Shown here piece after piece: positions 35,728 to 46,379 of a DNA stretch of 64,000 nucleotides (position 1 is its first letter; the number at the start of each line of letters is the position of its first letter). This DNA is from a virus (lineage: Duplodnaviria; Caudoviricetes), in IMG/VR virus record IMGVR_UViG_3300005528_000063, positions 1,378-65,377 of that record. The stretch is one strand, 5' to 3'. A program made the position numbers and the translations under genes. The notes under the pieces were generated by a model. The model saw only the letters and a list, made by a program, of their open reading frames with translations. It ran no database searches and was not told the origin of the DNA.

Positions 35728-38700
35728 TGGCAGTCCCTGGCCGCTCAGTCGTTGGCGCTGCATTTCCGGCCGCTGGCCGGCTCGATCGCATCAAGCAGAT
35801 GCAGCGAGAGCTGACCCGCGCAGCTGCGGAGGGCGGCATGGTCGCTCGGCCGACGTCTGCGGCCCCTGCCCCGCCCACGCCTTCCTATGGCGTCGTGCTC
35901 GATCCCGATCCGGTGGAGATTCCTGCCGATGTGCCGGCCGCTGCGCCCGCACTTGCTCCGGCCCCAGAGGGCATGCCGCAGCGCCCGCCACTTCAGGTTG
36001 GCGCCGGCCGATTTGCTGACGCCGAAGGGCGCCCTGCTGTTCGCCGTGACGGCCAGACGTTCGTCTACGAGGACGGCACCGTCGTGGACGTTGAAGGCAA
36101 CGTCGTCGGCGTGGTTACTCCCGGCGACCTGACGGACACCTCTGCCGCACCAGCCGACAACCTCGCCGCCTCTGCGGTCGAGATCGAAGACGGCACCCCC
36201 AATCTCAAGCCGAACACAAAGAAGATCGACCCGCTGGAGAAGCTGGCTGGCGACATCTTCCAGGCAACGACTGAGGCTCCGGGCGAGTCGCTCAGCCAGG
36301 GCACCGTTCGCCGCCTGTACCGCCAGTTCTCCAAGCTCTCCCCAGAAGAGCAGGCGATGGTTTCTGAGATCATGCCTGCCCTTACCATTCCAGACCCCGA
36401 TACTGGAAAAACGCGGCTATCCCGCTTGGCCGAGATTGCCGGCGAAGACCCGCAGTTCCGTGCCGCCCAGCAGATCGACAATGCGGCGCAGGCGGTCGAG
36501 GCATCGCAGGCGCCGGGCCGACGAACAGCTGATCCTGCCCTCGCAGCAGAGAACGTAGCCGTCGCTCGCTCGCTCATTGAGGGGCAGCTACCCGAAGGCG
36601 ACTGGAATGCGCTGTCGCGTGTGTTTGGCGAGCTGCCTCCGGAGCAACGTGCCGCCGTGCTTCAGCGGCTCTCTGGGCAAGGCGCCGACGACCCCACTTC
36701 GGCGCGTGGATTCGTGTCACGAATGCTCGATGGCAACCAGGCCGAGCCGGTGTTTGTGCCGAATCAGATGGCGCGCGCGCTCGCTCCTGCCAATGACGTC
36801 GATGCGATGCTGATGGACATTGACGCCGCCAAGCGCGTCGGAGACTCGGAGCGACAGGCCGCCCTGAGCGAGCAGCTGCGGCAGGGCATTTCCAGCGGGC
36901 AGTTTACGTCCGAGCAAGTCAACGACGCCCGCTCGCGATTCCTGCTGCGACGGCAGGTCGAGCAGGAGCTTCGCAGGGCAATCATTGGCACTGACGAAAC
37001 GTACAGCGCCGAGCAGGCTCAACTGCTTGAGGCTGGCCGTCCGGCCCCGCAGGCGCCGACTATTCCGCAGGGGGCTCGCACGCCTGAAATCTCGCCCGTC
37101 GTGCGCGACGAGTTTGACATGCCGAAGGCTCCGGACGGAGCCGACGCGACGGCCCTGCTTCGCGAGCGACAAGAGCAGGCCGATGCCCGCGCTCCCGGCG
37201 CATTTCTGACTCGCGACCAACGCCTTGTAGCTGCTGGCCTCGACCCGGCCGACGAGCAGGCCGCACGCCGGCTTCCTCTCTGGATGAAGGGCAACAGCAG
37301 CAAGCCTGGAACGCCATTCGAGAGCCGCACTGCCGGCGATCGAGGCACGTCAACCCGCGACGATGCCGCCGTGCTTCAGGCCCAAGAGCTGAAGGCGGCG
37401 ATGGACGAGGCGCAGGGCGAGCTGAGACAGGCCGTGTACGAGCTGCGTCTCGCCCAGATTGGACGCACGTCTGGCACGGCGCAAACCACTGCCGACGACG
37501 TCGCTGCGGCTGCGGCGCAGGTCGAGTCTGCGCGAAGTGTCATCCGGCGACTGGGGGAAATGGAAGACGAGCTGTTCCCGCCCCGAGTCATCAACGCCAG
37601 CACTGGCGCACTTGTCATCAACCCGTCCACCGGCCAGCCCGCCCGCGTGCCTAAGGAGTGGCTGCGCAACCCCGACGCCGTGCCTGAGCAGTACAGCATT
37701 GAGCGCGGTTATCGCGGGCTCAGCGACTCGCAGCTAAATCGAGGAGGCCAGAGAGAGACGTACAACCAGCTGCTCGCCACCATCGCCGGCTTCCGGCCGA
37801 AGGCAGCCGACAATGTCGGGCGGGCAAACGCCGCGATGAACCCACTGGATGCCGCCGCTATCCGCGACGAAGCCATCGAGATGTTTGGCGACGACGCTGC
37901 GGAGCTGCTGGACGAAGACTTCCGGCCGAACTGGGCGGCTGATCCCGACGACTTGCGCCAGCCCGGCGCGCCGCTCCGTGACGGCCGACTTGGCGGCAAT
38001 CCGCAGGACAGCCGCGTTCGGTCTGCCGTTCTGTCGCTGTTCAACGGCCCCAATCCGCTGACGCTCATCAACCCAGCTACCGGCCGTCGATTCACGGCGG
38101 CGGAGGCTGTGGACGAGGCGATGAACAAGGGCGACATCTTTGGCCCTGACCCCACGAGTGCCGCCTACCAAGCCGCCAGAGAGCGCATCATCACGCAGGT
38201 TGAGCGCGAATTCGGGGACGCCGCGCGATCCGCACCCACCGTGCGTCTGGTGGAGACTGATGACGGCGTGCAAGTCCAGCCAGTGACCGGAGCCGATGCG
38301 GCCCCTGCCGCCGACCCTGCCGCAGAAGGCGTTGCCACTTCGCAAGACCCAAGCGCCATTCCGCGACAGGAAGGTGCATGGCCTGAGGGCACCATGAACC
38401 AAAAGGCCGTAGCTGGCCCCGACCCGCGCGACAACGTGCGTGGCGCTCAGCCGGCAACTACGTCGACCAAAGACTTCTCTGCCCCCGAGACGGTGCTGTC
38501 TCCTGAAGACGAAGCCCTGCTGGCGTCCAACATGCCGATTGAAGACCCCGACGTCATCGACGCCCCCGACCGCACGCCTGCTGCCGCACGCAGTCAGGGG
38601 GGCGACTCTACGGCGGAAGTCGTGGACGCCCCCAACGACGCCGATGCGTACACGCCCCAGCAGCTTGAGTCTCTCTGGCGGGCGTGGTTTGCCAAGCAAA

Positions 38701-39446
38701 AGCCGCAGCGCATCCCGCACAACGATCGGGACGTCTGGATCATGGGCGTCCGTCCTGGCATGACGTTCGAGGAGTGGGCCGCCGAGACGCTCGATGGCAA
38801 GGGGCTGAGAAATTACGCTCCCGCCGAGATCGACGACGCCGGCCGCGTGGTGCGACCGCAGCGCAAGGTCAAGATCATTGGGGTCGATGGCGGCGAGGTG
38901 GTGGATGCGGCCGATGATGCGGCTGCCGCAACGCCTGCACCAGACGCGACCTCCCCTCGCTCGCTTGGGGCCGACGACGCAGAGGTCATTGACGCCCCTG
39001 ACGACCCGCCGGCTGCGGCCAGACAAGCGGCCGACGATGCAGCGGAAACAGCCGATTCTGCCGATACCGCCACTCCAGACGGTGCGGCCAAGAAAGCGGA
39101 CGCGCAGAAGGACGGAACCGACGCCAGAAAGAAGGACAAGTGGCGATTCCCATTGGGGCGTGTCGGGCTTGGTGCTGGGGCCGTCATTGGTGGTGCCACT
39201 CTGATTTCCAACCTGTCGAAGCCTGACCTCACTGGCCCAATCGACATTCCCGGAGGCGGGGGTCCAGGCGACGGCGGTGGAGTGCCATATATCCCTGTAG
39301 GGGCGCAGGCCGGCGCTCTTGCGCCTGCGTCGGCCGTGTCGCCTGAGGACGCGATTGAGCGGGCTCTGGAGCGGATTCGCGGAGCGCGGGCTTCGCGAGG
39401 GGCTCCGGCCTACAACACGATGTTCAACTACACGTACCGGAGCTGA
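35727..39446 (+). CDS. Large putative internal virion / ejection protein
   Basis: About 1240 aa, Ala/Asp-rich; C-terminal hydrophobic GLGAGAVIGGATLI segment. Confidence 0.7.
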   Translation: MAVPGRSVVGAAFPAAGRLDRIKQMQRELTRAAAEGGMVARPTSAAPAPPTPSYGVVLDPDPVEIPADVPAAAPALAPAPEGMPQRPPLQVGAGRFADAEGRPAVRRDGQTFVYEDGTVVDVEGNVVGVVTPGDLTDTSAAPADNLAASAVEIEDGTPNLKPNTKKIDPLEKLAGDIFQATTEAPGESLSQGTVRRLYRQFSKLSPEEQAMVSEIMPALTIPDPDTGKTRLSRLAEIAGEDPQFRAAQQIDNAAQAVEASQAPGRRTADPALAAENVAVARSLIEGQLPEGDWNALSRVFGELPPEQRAAVLQRLSGQGADDPTSARGFVSRMLDGNQAEPVFVPNQMARALAPANDVDAMLMDIDAAKRVGDSERQAALSEQLRQGISSGQFTSEQVNDARSRFLLRRQVEQELRRAIIGTDETYSAEQAQLLEAGRPAPQAPTIPQGARTPEISPVVRDEFDMPKAPDGADATALLRERQEQADARAPGAFLTRDQRLVAAGLDPADEQAARRLPLWMKGNSSKPGTPFESRTAGDRGTSTRDDAAVLQAQELKAAMDEAQGELRQAVYELRLAQIGRTSGTAQTTADDVAAAAAQVESARSVIRRLGEMEDELFPPRVINASTGALVINPSTGQPARVPKEWLRNPDAVPEQYSIERGYRGLSDSQLNRGGQRETYNQLLATIAGFRPKAADNVGRANAAMNPLDAAAIRDEAIEMFGDDAAELLDEDFRPNWAADPDDLRQPGAPLRDGRLGGNPQDSRVRSAVLSLFNGPNPLTLINPATGRRFTAAEAVDEAMNKGDIFGPDPTSAAYQAARERIITQVEREFGDAARSAPTVRLVETDDGVQVQPVTGADAAPAADPAAEGVATSQDPSAIPRQEGAWPEGTMNQKAVAGPDPRDNVRGAQPATTSTKDFSAPETVLSPEDEALLASNMPIEDPDVIDAPDRTPAAARSQGGDSTAEVVDAPNDADAYTPQQLESLWRAWFAKQKPQRIPHNDRDVWIMGVRPGMTFEEWAAETLDGKGLRNYAPAEIDDAGRVVRPQRKVKIIGVDGGEVVDAADDAAAATPAPDATSPRSLGADDAEVIDAPDDPPAAARQAADDAAETADSADTATPDGAAKKADAQKDGTDARKKDKWRFPLGRVGLGAGAVIGGATLISNLSKPDLTGPIDIPGGGGPGDGGGVPYIPVGAQAGALAPASAVSPEDAIERALERIRGARASRGAPAYNTMFNYTYRS

Positions 39447-39449
39447 GCG

Positions 39450-41180
39450 ATGGCGATCATGTCTGACTTGCGAGCCGGCCAGAGGCGGGGTGGCGTTGTG
39501 GCCCGACGGCCCGAGACGCTGCCTGAGGACGCCGGCCAGCCGGTTGCCGCCGCTCCGGTGGTTCCTGCCGCCATGCCGCCCGCACCGTCTGGCGTCCTGC
39601 CCGGAGAGGAGCAGGTCACGACGCAGGACACGTTCCGCCAGCTTGCCCCTGAGGAGCAGGCTGCGCTTCGCCAGAAGTACGAGGGTGGCGGCCACTCCAG
39701 CACCATGTCGTACGACGACTGGCTGAGCGAGAACTTCGGGGAGCTTCCTCCGCAGGACCGGGCTGCGACCATGCGTGCGTCCGCGAAGTCCACGCCGCGC
39801 ATGCAGATCGGCCGCGACCCATCTCTTCCGCCGGAGACGAATAGCCCTCTTGCCCAGAACAGGCAGGCCGCTGGCAAGCCACTGCCCGAAGGGCGTGCCG
39901 CACGCCAGTACACGCCCGAGCAGCGGGCCACGATGCAGCAGAACGCCGAAAGCCCGGAAGTGCCGATGGGCCAGTTCGGCGGCAGCTTCTCGATGAGCGC
40001 TGATGGCTCGCAGGCCAGACGCGCCCCGAACCCAACGCTCGTTGCAGAGGCCGACAAGATCGCCGCCGACCAGGGGCCGGGCTCGCCTTCGCACGTCGTG
40101 GCATTGGCTCAGGCGTACGGCATCGACGCCACCCAGTACGGCGACGACATGGACTTGCTCCGTGCAGATGTCATGCGCGAGAAGGCCAAGCACGACAAGC
40201 TGGGCCAGTATCTCGGCGTCCGCGACAATGGCATGGGCGGGTTCGTCTACGTTGAAGACGCCGCTCAGCGGCAGCGCGGGAGGGACCAGTTCGACGCCAC
40301 GCTGACGCCACAGCAGCTGAACAACCAAGCGATCAGCATGCGCCGTGCATACGCGGGCGTGATTACGCCCGAAGAAGAGGCAGCCCTTTCCGCTGCTGTG
40401 CGCACTCCCGGCGGCATGGCGCATATTCGCGACCTCCGCATGGAGCTTCAGGCACGCCAGAAGCAGCAGTCGTGGAAGAACCATCTCGACCGAGTCGCCG
40501 GACAGGCGCTTGGGCGAGACATGGCGAACCCGGAGCGTGCTCGTGGTTTCATGATCCGCTCGCTGGCAGAGGCCGTCCGCAGCGGCGACCCGATGGCACA
40601 GGCCGCTGCCTACAGCATGATGGGCCAGCCGATGCTTGCCATGCGGGCCATTGACGCCGGCATGTCCGACCGTCGCAGCGCCGCAGAGCTTGCTGGCATC
40701 CAGGCCCAGATGGCTGGGCAGGCTGGGAATGATCCGCAGACGCTGGCTGCGCAGATGAACAAGGAGATCGAGTCTGCGCTGGCGCTTGGCAAGCCGTCGC
40801 AGCAGGCGCAGCAGCTGACGCTCATCTTCCAGAAGGCTGGCTATCCTCCGGAGCAGATTCCGCAGGCCGTGAACGACGTGCTGGTTGAGCGGTTTGCGAC
40901 AACCGACCCGAATCATCCTGCGGTAGCGACGGTCATGCGGGCGAAGCTGAAGGAGGGTCGCGGCGCTTGGTTGCAGTGGGCGCAGTCCGTGATGGGACTG
41001 ACGGAAGATCAAGCGAATGCCGTGTACGACAAAGAGGTCGGCACGCCACAGGATGCCGGCCGTCGTTCCGCAGAGAACGCACAGCGGAATGTGGCCGGGT
41101 GGCTTGGGTGGGCTCAGGGGGTCGTTCAGGGGCTGACTGGCGGTGGCGTTCCTCCGCAGGCGTATGGCACTGGCAAGTGA
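39450..41180 (+). CDS. Putative internal virion protein
   Basis: 576 aa, Ala/Gln/Met-rich helical. Confidence 0.7.
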   Translation: MAIMSDLRAGQRRGGVVARRPETLPEDAGQPVAAAPVVPAAMPPAPSGVLPGEEQVTTQDTFRQLAPEEQAALRQKYEGGGHSSTMSYDDWLSENFGELPPQDRAATMRASAKSTPRMQIGRDPSLPPETNSPLAQNRQAAGKPLPEGRAARQYTPEQRATMQQNAESPEVPMGQFGGSFSMSADGSQARRAPNPTLVAEADKIAADQGPGSPSHVVALAQAYGIDATQYGDDMDLLRADVMREKAKHDKLGQYLGVRDNGMGGFVYVEDAAQRQRGRDQFDATLTPQQLNNQAISMRRAYAGVITPEEEAALSAAVRTPGGMAHIRDLRMELQARQKQQSWKNHLDRVAGQALGRDMANPERARGFMIRSLAEAVRSGDPMAQAAAYSMMGQPMLAMRAIDAGMSDRRSAAELAGIQAQMAGQAGNDPQTLAAQMNKEIESALALGKPSQQAQQLTLIFQKAGYPPEQIPQAVNDVLVERFATTDPNHPAVATVMRAKLKEGRGAWLQWAQSVMGLTEDQANAVYDKEVGTPQDAGRRSAENAQRNVAGWLGWAQGVVQGLTGGGVPPQAYGTGK

Positions 41181-41191
41181 GGTAGCGGTGC

Positions 41192-44100
41192 ATGGACTTG
41201 TTCGACCAGCCGCCCTCGCGAAGGCGTCCCGCCGGCTACATCCCGCTGTTCGATGAGGCTGCGCTGGCCGACCAGCCGGCGAGCCAGATCGACGTCACGC
41301 CAGAGATGCGTGACTCCGTCCTGCGCGAGATCGGCGCCGTCACTGGCGGCACCCTATCCCGGATCGGAGATGCCCTCTCCGCTCCTGGCGACTACTTTCG
41401 CGGCCTGCTGACCGGCAAGGCGGGAGAGCGAGTCACTGGCCGCGAGATGTTGCGAGACGCCGGGCTGATTTCCCAGCAGGACAACTGGGGCAACTTCGCA
41501 GCGGGCCTCGCCACCGACATCGTCACCGACCCGCTCTCGATGGTGACTGGGCCGACGAAGGCCGTGACCGCTGCCGGTCAGGCTCTCAAGAAGGCTGGCC
41601 TCGCAGATGCGCTCCCAGCCGCCATGACTCGCAAGGCTATCTCGACAGGTGCCGTGCGGTCTGGCGACATTCCTGGCGTTGCCAAGCGGACGCTGAAGGC
41701 GCTGGAAGACTCTGGCCGCACGATCAGCACGATGGACCCGGCAGTGGTCGGCAGGCCGCTGTACGGTACTCGCACGTCGATGCGGGCTGGCACGCTTGAC
41801 GATGCCATCCGTTACGCCGGAGACGACGCTGCGCAAAAAGCGGCAGAGGATGCACTGCTCGGCGTGCTTGGGCCTGACGAGCTGGCGCGGCTGCGTAACG
41901 AGCCGCTCGCCAAGACGGTCGGTTTCGGCCTGCCGCTCAGCCAGCCAAGCATCACAGCCGACATCTTTGGCAAGGGTTTCGGGGACCAGTACGCCAACGT
42001 CCTCGACACGATCGGGCAGGCCTACCGCTGGAGCCCGGTCGGCAGAGGCATGGCGGCGGCGTTCGACCAGCGGGTGTGGGGCAAGCTCGATGCCGAAGAG
42101 CAGCTGACGAACATCGCCAACTTCGAGGCTCGCCAGAAGGCCGGCGGCATTGCTACTGCGGCCCACACGTATCACCTCGCCAAGCTCTACAAAGAGAATC
42201 CGGAGGTCTTCAGCGAGGACGGGAACCGGGCGCTTGGGAGATACCTCGAAGGCAGCGCCGCACGCACTGCTGATGACGTGGCATACGTCGAGAGCCGTCC
42301 GGCGCTCAAGGAGTACGCCGACTGGTGGGTGAACAACCGACAGGACTACCTTGCCGAGTCTCGTCGCATGGGCCTGTCGGCCGCAGAGCTGACCGACAAG
42401 TACGGCATCGACTACCTGCCCCGCCGGGCAGAGGCCGTCCTCGAGATGGAAGCAAGGCGGAACCGGAAGCTCGGGGAGGTCTTGACGACCTTCACGGGCG
42501 ATATGCTGCGGCGTACGGACGCCATGCAACTGCCCGGCGGGCGGGACACGATCATCGACCTGTCTCGGGACGCCAACGTAGCCGGCGCCAAACGGGCGCT
42601 GACAACCGACGAGGATGCAGCGCAGTATCTCCTCAACAAGCTCTCTCCGCTGGTGCAGCCCGGCCAGCCGCCGCTTGAGCTTGACCAGATGAAGCGTCTC
42701 GCCCGCGTGCTGAACAGACTTCCGGACGAGGTGACGCAGAAGTCTCCGCTGTTCGGCCAGCATCCGACGGAGATGATTGGGTCGTACATGCGTGGCAGGA
42801 ACGAGAGCATGGCGACGGCCGGCGTCATGTACGACTCGCTGGCGTCCTTCGCTAAGGATGGGGCGTACGACACGATCGAGGGCGGCCGGCACATCTCGAT
42901 GCAGGAAGCGCTGAATCGTCTTGGCGTCAAGAGCTACGACGACGACGCCGTTGGCGCGGCTCGCCAGATGCGAGAGCGAATCGCCGGGCTTCGTGGTGTT
43001 GACCCAGACCAGATCAAGCTCTCCGAGATCAGCGTTCCAGAAGAGCACATCAATCGGCTCATGCGTGCCCGCGATGCGTTCGAGACTGGCGAGGCATCCC
43101 AATCGCTGCTCAACTGGCTCGATCACTACACGCAAGCTTGGAAGGGTGCAATTCTCACATGGCCCGCACGAGCAACACGCGATCTCTATTCAGGAGCCAT
43201 CAGCAACTGGCTTGAGGGTGCGCTCGACTCCGACGCCGTGCTTGCCACTCGCGCTCTCATGCAGGAGGGGCCGCAGAGCCAACGCTTTCTGCGAACTCTG
43301 CAAGGCATTCCTCGCTACGCCGGCGACGACGGGCTGGAGCAGTTCTATGCAGACATCGCCGGCAACGGACTGGTGGGCGCCCAGAACGGATTCGAGATCG
43401 GCGGCAGCGTCGTGGGGCGTGGTGCTCTTGGGCAGCTGCCGGGAACCACTCCGATCACGTTCGGCACCATCACTGGCGAACTCACGAAGGGCTGGGGCTG
43501 GAACAACTTCCGGCAGTGGCGCTCCAATCTGCGCCCGTTGGCCGAAACGAAGAACCCAATCTTGCGTGCAGGCGAGCAACTCAACTCACTCTCGGATGGC
43601 ATCAACCGCATCAGCGGGTTCCTTGCTCTCATGAAGCAGGGCTACGATCCGTCCGCTGCGGCAAAGGCGATGAAGCGCGCCCACGTGGACCCATCAAGCC
43701 TTTCGCAGCTAGAGAAGACCGTGCTGCGGCGGATTTTTCCCTGGTACAGTTTCCAGAGCCGCATGTTCCGTGAGGTGCTGCGGCAACTGGTGGAGCAGCC
43801 CGGTGGTCGGTACGCCCAGCTGATCCGCACGACCGAGTCATTGCAGGACGAAGGCGACGACGCCTACATCCCCAGCGGATTGCGCTCGCGGTTTGCCTTC
43901 CCGCTGCCTGAGGAGTGGGGCGGCGTTCCGGCTCCCGGAACGCAGCGATACCTGACCGGCCTTCAGGTGCCTGGATTCACAGAGCTTGGGATGATCGAGA
44001 CACCCGGCACGGTCGCCGGGACAGTGACTGGAACGGGGCGTCAGATCGGCATGCAGCTGCACCCCGCCTTGCGCACTGGCGTCGAACTGATGGCCGGAAA

Positions 44101-44596
44101 AGACCTTTTTACCAATAGGCCGATTGGAGAGTCCACGTCCACGCTCGACGCCATTGCGCGCTCCGTGACAGGCAACCCCAATGCGGACGTACCTGCGCTT
44201 GCTGAGAAGCTCGTCGAAATCCTTCCGTTCGCAGGTCGCCCGCTGTATGCGCTGCGCTCGTTGCTCGACAACAGGGACGGGCAGCCGATTGCGTCTCGCG
44301 GCATCCGGACTGTATTCAATAGCACGACCGGAATGGCATTGCGTGATGCCACGAAGCGAGACGTCCTCTCCGACGCAGTGCGCCAGATCGAGGAGAGCAT
44401 CGACCCGTACACCCGCGAGTTTACGCAGACCTACATCCCCGAAGAACTTATGCCGATGGTTCCGCAGTGGGCGCAGGAACGGCAAGCCGTGTCGCGTGCG
44501 CTTGTCCGCGAGAAGCGAGAGGACGACAAGCCCCAGAAGACCTCTCGCAAGAAGAAGCGCACGTCGGACACTGGCTTCCCTCAGCTATTCGAGTAG
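41192..44596 (+). CDS. Large DNA-transfer / ejection protein
   Basis: 1134 aa; GLATDIVTDPL near the N-terminus; LSQLEKTVLRRIFPWYSF...GKDLFTNRPI near the C-terminus, typical of podovirus internal proteins. Confidence 0.75.
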   Translation: MDLFDQPPSRRRPAGYIPLFDEAALADQPASQIDVTPEMRDSVLREIGAVTGGTLSRIGDALSAPGDYFRGLLTGKAGERVTGREMLRDAGLISQQDNWGNFAAGLATDIVTDPLSMVTGPTKAVTAAGQALKKAGLADALPAAMTRKAISTGAVRSGDIPGVAKRTLKALEDSGRTISTMDPAVVGRPLYGTRTSMRAGTLDDAIRYAGDDAAQKAAEDALLGVLGPDELARLRNEPLAKTVGFGLPLSQPSITADIFGKGFGDQYANVLDTIGQAYRWSPVGRGMAAAFDQRVWGKLDAEEQLTNIANFEARQKAGGIATAAHTYHLAKLYKENPEVFSEDGNRALGRYLEGSAARTADDVAYVESRPALKEYADWWVNNRQDYLAESRRMGLSAAELTDKYGIDYLPRRAEAVLEMEARRNRKLGEVLTTFTGDMLRRTDAMQLPGGRDTIIDLSRDANVAGAKRALTTDEDAAQYLLNKLSPLVQPGQPPLELDQMKRLARVLNRLPDEVTQKSPLFGQHPTEMIGSYMRGRNESMATAGVMYDSLASFAKDGAYDTIEGGRHISMQEALNRLGVKSYDDDAVGAARQMRERIAGLRGVDPDQIKLSEISVPEEHINRLMRARDAFETGEASQSLLNWLDHYTQAWKGAILTWPARATRDLYSGAISNWLEGALDSDAVLATRALMQEGPQSQRFLRTLQGIPRYAGDDGLEQFYADIAGNGLVGAQNGFEIGGSVVGRGALGQLPGTTPITFGTITGELTKGWGWNNFRQWRSNLRPLAETKNPILRAGEQLNSLSDGINRISGFLALMKQGYDPSAAAKAMKRAHVDPSSLSQLEKTVLRRIFPWYSFQSRMFREVLRQLVEQPGGRYAQLIRTTESLQDEGDDAYIPSGLRSRFAFPLPEEWGGVPAPGTQRYLTGLQVPGFTELGMIETPGTVAGTVTGTGRQIGMQLHPALRTGVELMAGKDLFTNRPIGESTSTLDAIARSVTGNPNADVPALAEKLVEILPFAGRPLYALRSLLDNRDGQPIASRGIRTVFNSTTGMALRDATKRDVLSDAVRQIEESIDPYTREFTQTYIPEELMPMVPQWAQERQAVSRALVREKREDDKPQKTSRKKKRTSDTGFPQLFE

Positions 44597-45400
44597 CGAC
44601 GGTGTGCAGGGAATGTCCCTCCTGACCTGCGACCAGTCGATGTAGAACCGCTCGGCCATGCCGGGCGTCTTGTGGCCGAGATGCACTCGGGCCTTTCCGG
44701 GCTGACGCATCTCGATGTGGGTGGCGCCCGACCGGCGGAGCCACTTGCCAGAGCCACGCATGCCAAGCGACTTCAGGTACTTCTTCATTCGCTTGCAGCC
44801 GCCCACCATGCCGATGGCCCAGCTAAGGACTGTCCCGTCCGGAGACAGGGCCAGCATTTGCGTCACTGCCTCCCAGCAGGCAGGAGACAGCACCTTCGAG
44901 ACGGGCTCTCCGGTCTTGTGCTGGGACCACTGAACCGCCCCATCCGTAAAGTCCTCCTCCCGCAAGGCCCAAATGTCAGCGTGCCTTGCCCCAGTTTCGT
45001 ACCCCAACAGCATCCAGCACCGCAGGAACAGGCCAAGCGGGGCACCTGAACGGAGCTTCTTTCGCCCCATCTGGAACGTACCCTTGACAGCCGTACAGCA
45101 CTGTTCTAAAGTCCATGCCCGAGTTGGTTTGCGGGCAACTTTGATCTTGACCAATCCACGCGGCATGCGTTTCACTAGGCCGCGATCAAGAGCAAAAAGC
45201 CACAAGGACACGATGATGGATCGCTGCGGAGCAACGGTAACGGGAGCGGCTTGCGACAGCCTTCGCCGTAAAAACTCGTTGCACGACGCTACGTCCAGTT
45301 CCCGACACCCGTCCGCAACGGCACGCACCCGCTTGGCATAGGCGTCACACACGACACGTTCGCGAAGATAGTCCTCCGCAATGGCAGGAAGCCCCCCCAT
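44585..45400 (-). CDS. Tyrosine recombinase / integrase
   Basis: YETGARHADI (R), HKTG (K), KWLRRSGAT (HxxR with H->K), LGH, RFY (Y). Confidence 0.85.
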   Translation of the reverse strand: MGGLPAIAEDYLRERVVCDAYAKRVRAVADGCRELDVASCNEFLRRRLSQAAPVTVAPQRSIIVSLWLFALDRGLVKRMPRGLVKIKVARKPTRAWTLEQCCTAVKGTFQMGRKKLRSGAPLGLFLRCWMLLGYETGARHADIWALREEDFTDGAVQWSQHKTGEPVSKVLSPACWEAVTQMLALSPDGTVLSWAIGMVGGCKRMKKYLKSLGMRGSGKWLRRSGATHIEMRQPGKARVHLGHKTPGMAERFYIDWSQVRRDIPCTPSLLE

Positions 45401-45509
45401 GATTGCTAGCTCCAACGTTGAAGCGCAAAAAACTGGGGGCCAGCTCGGCATGGTTGGTCATGGCGATAGCATCGCTACAGCCCTTGCAACCGGACCCGAC
45501 GGATCGGAC

Positions 45510-46379
45510 ATGACGAATGTCCGGTCCATCAGCACTCCCAGTGTTTTGCATGCGGACATACGTCGTGGAGAGGCAAACGACGCATATCACGCCAACGAAA
45601 CGCACAGGTCATGCAGCCGAGCCAAAACACTCCTTGACTCGCCCGTCCTGTACTACCAGCGGTACATCGCCAAAACCCTTCCGCCATTCAGCAGCAGCGC
45701 CACCGATCACGGGACGCTGATGCACCTGTGGATGGAGTTTGGAGACGACTTCCTTGAAAGGCTGGTCGTCCCTCCATCTGAAACCCTAACTGCCACAGGG
45801 CTCGTAGGCAAAGAGGCGCAGAAATGGGCGGAAAACGAGGCACCCGCAGACGCCATCATCGTGTCGCCAAAGGAGCGGGCGCAGCTCCTGGCTGAAATCC
45901 GCGCCATCAAGGCGAATCCGGCCGCAGCCGAGCACATCGCCCGCATCGCTGAACATGAGATCAGCGTCTACTGGACGGACGCGGACGGCAACAACCTCAA
46001 GTGCCGCTTCGACGCAGTGACGTCGGACGGTCTGGTGCTCGACCTCAAGACGACCCGCGAGGCTGACATCCTCTCCGGGTTTTGGAAGTCGGTGATCGAC
46101 TTCAAGTACCACCTGCAAGATGCGTGGTATCGCAGGGGCATGGAGGCGTGCGGCATGGACCCCGCCCCGCTCCGCTTCATCGTCATCAGCACTTCGCTGC
46201 CGCACGACTGTCAGGTCGTGACGCTGCCAGACGCCGTCGTTGCCGAAGGGCAGCGGCTCATGGACAAGGCGCTGGCTGATCTTCGTCTTCGTGAATCCCT
46301 CGACTGGTGGTTGCCGGACACGCACGGCGAGGTGGTTGAGCTTTCGTTTCCGGCGCATGTTCTGGGGAGGATGAGATGA
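45510..46379 (+). CDS. RecE / exonuclease VIII-like PD-(D/E)XK nuclease (start uncertain)
   Basis: YHA, GTLMH, HEISVYW, LKCRFD, DLKTT, YHLQDAWY. Confidence 0.88.
   Translation: MTNVRSISTPSVLHADIRRGEANDAYHANETHRSCSRAKTLLDSPVLYYQRYIAKTLPPFSSSATDHGTLMHLWMEFGDDFLERLVVPPSETLTATGLVGKEAQKWAENEAPADAIIVSPKERAQLLAEIRAIKANPAAAEHIARIAEHEISVYWTDADGNNLKCRFDAVTSDGLVLDLKTTREADILSGFWKSVIDFKYHLQDAWYRRGMEACGMDPAPLRFIVISTSLPHDCQVVTLPDAVVAEGQRLMDKALADLRLRESLDWWLPDTHGEVVELSFPAHVLGRMR

Noticed and set aside
37734-41012. 1092-aa minus-strand ORF and similar long shadow ORFs (41354..43135, 3922..5403, 61492..63018, 18842..20173)
   Set aside because: They are antisense to well-supported genes, Arg/His-rich with no motifs, as expected in GC-rich DNA.
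45401-45500. tRNA-derived attP core beside the integrase
   Set aside because: No tRNA 3'-end-like sequence is visible.
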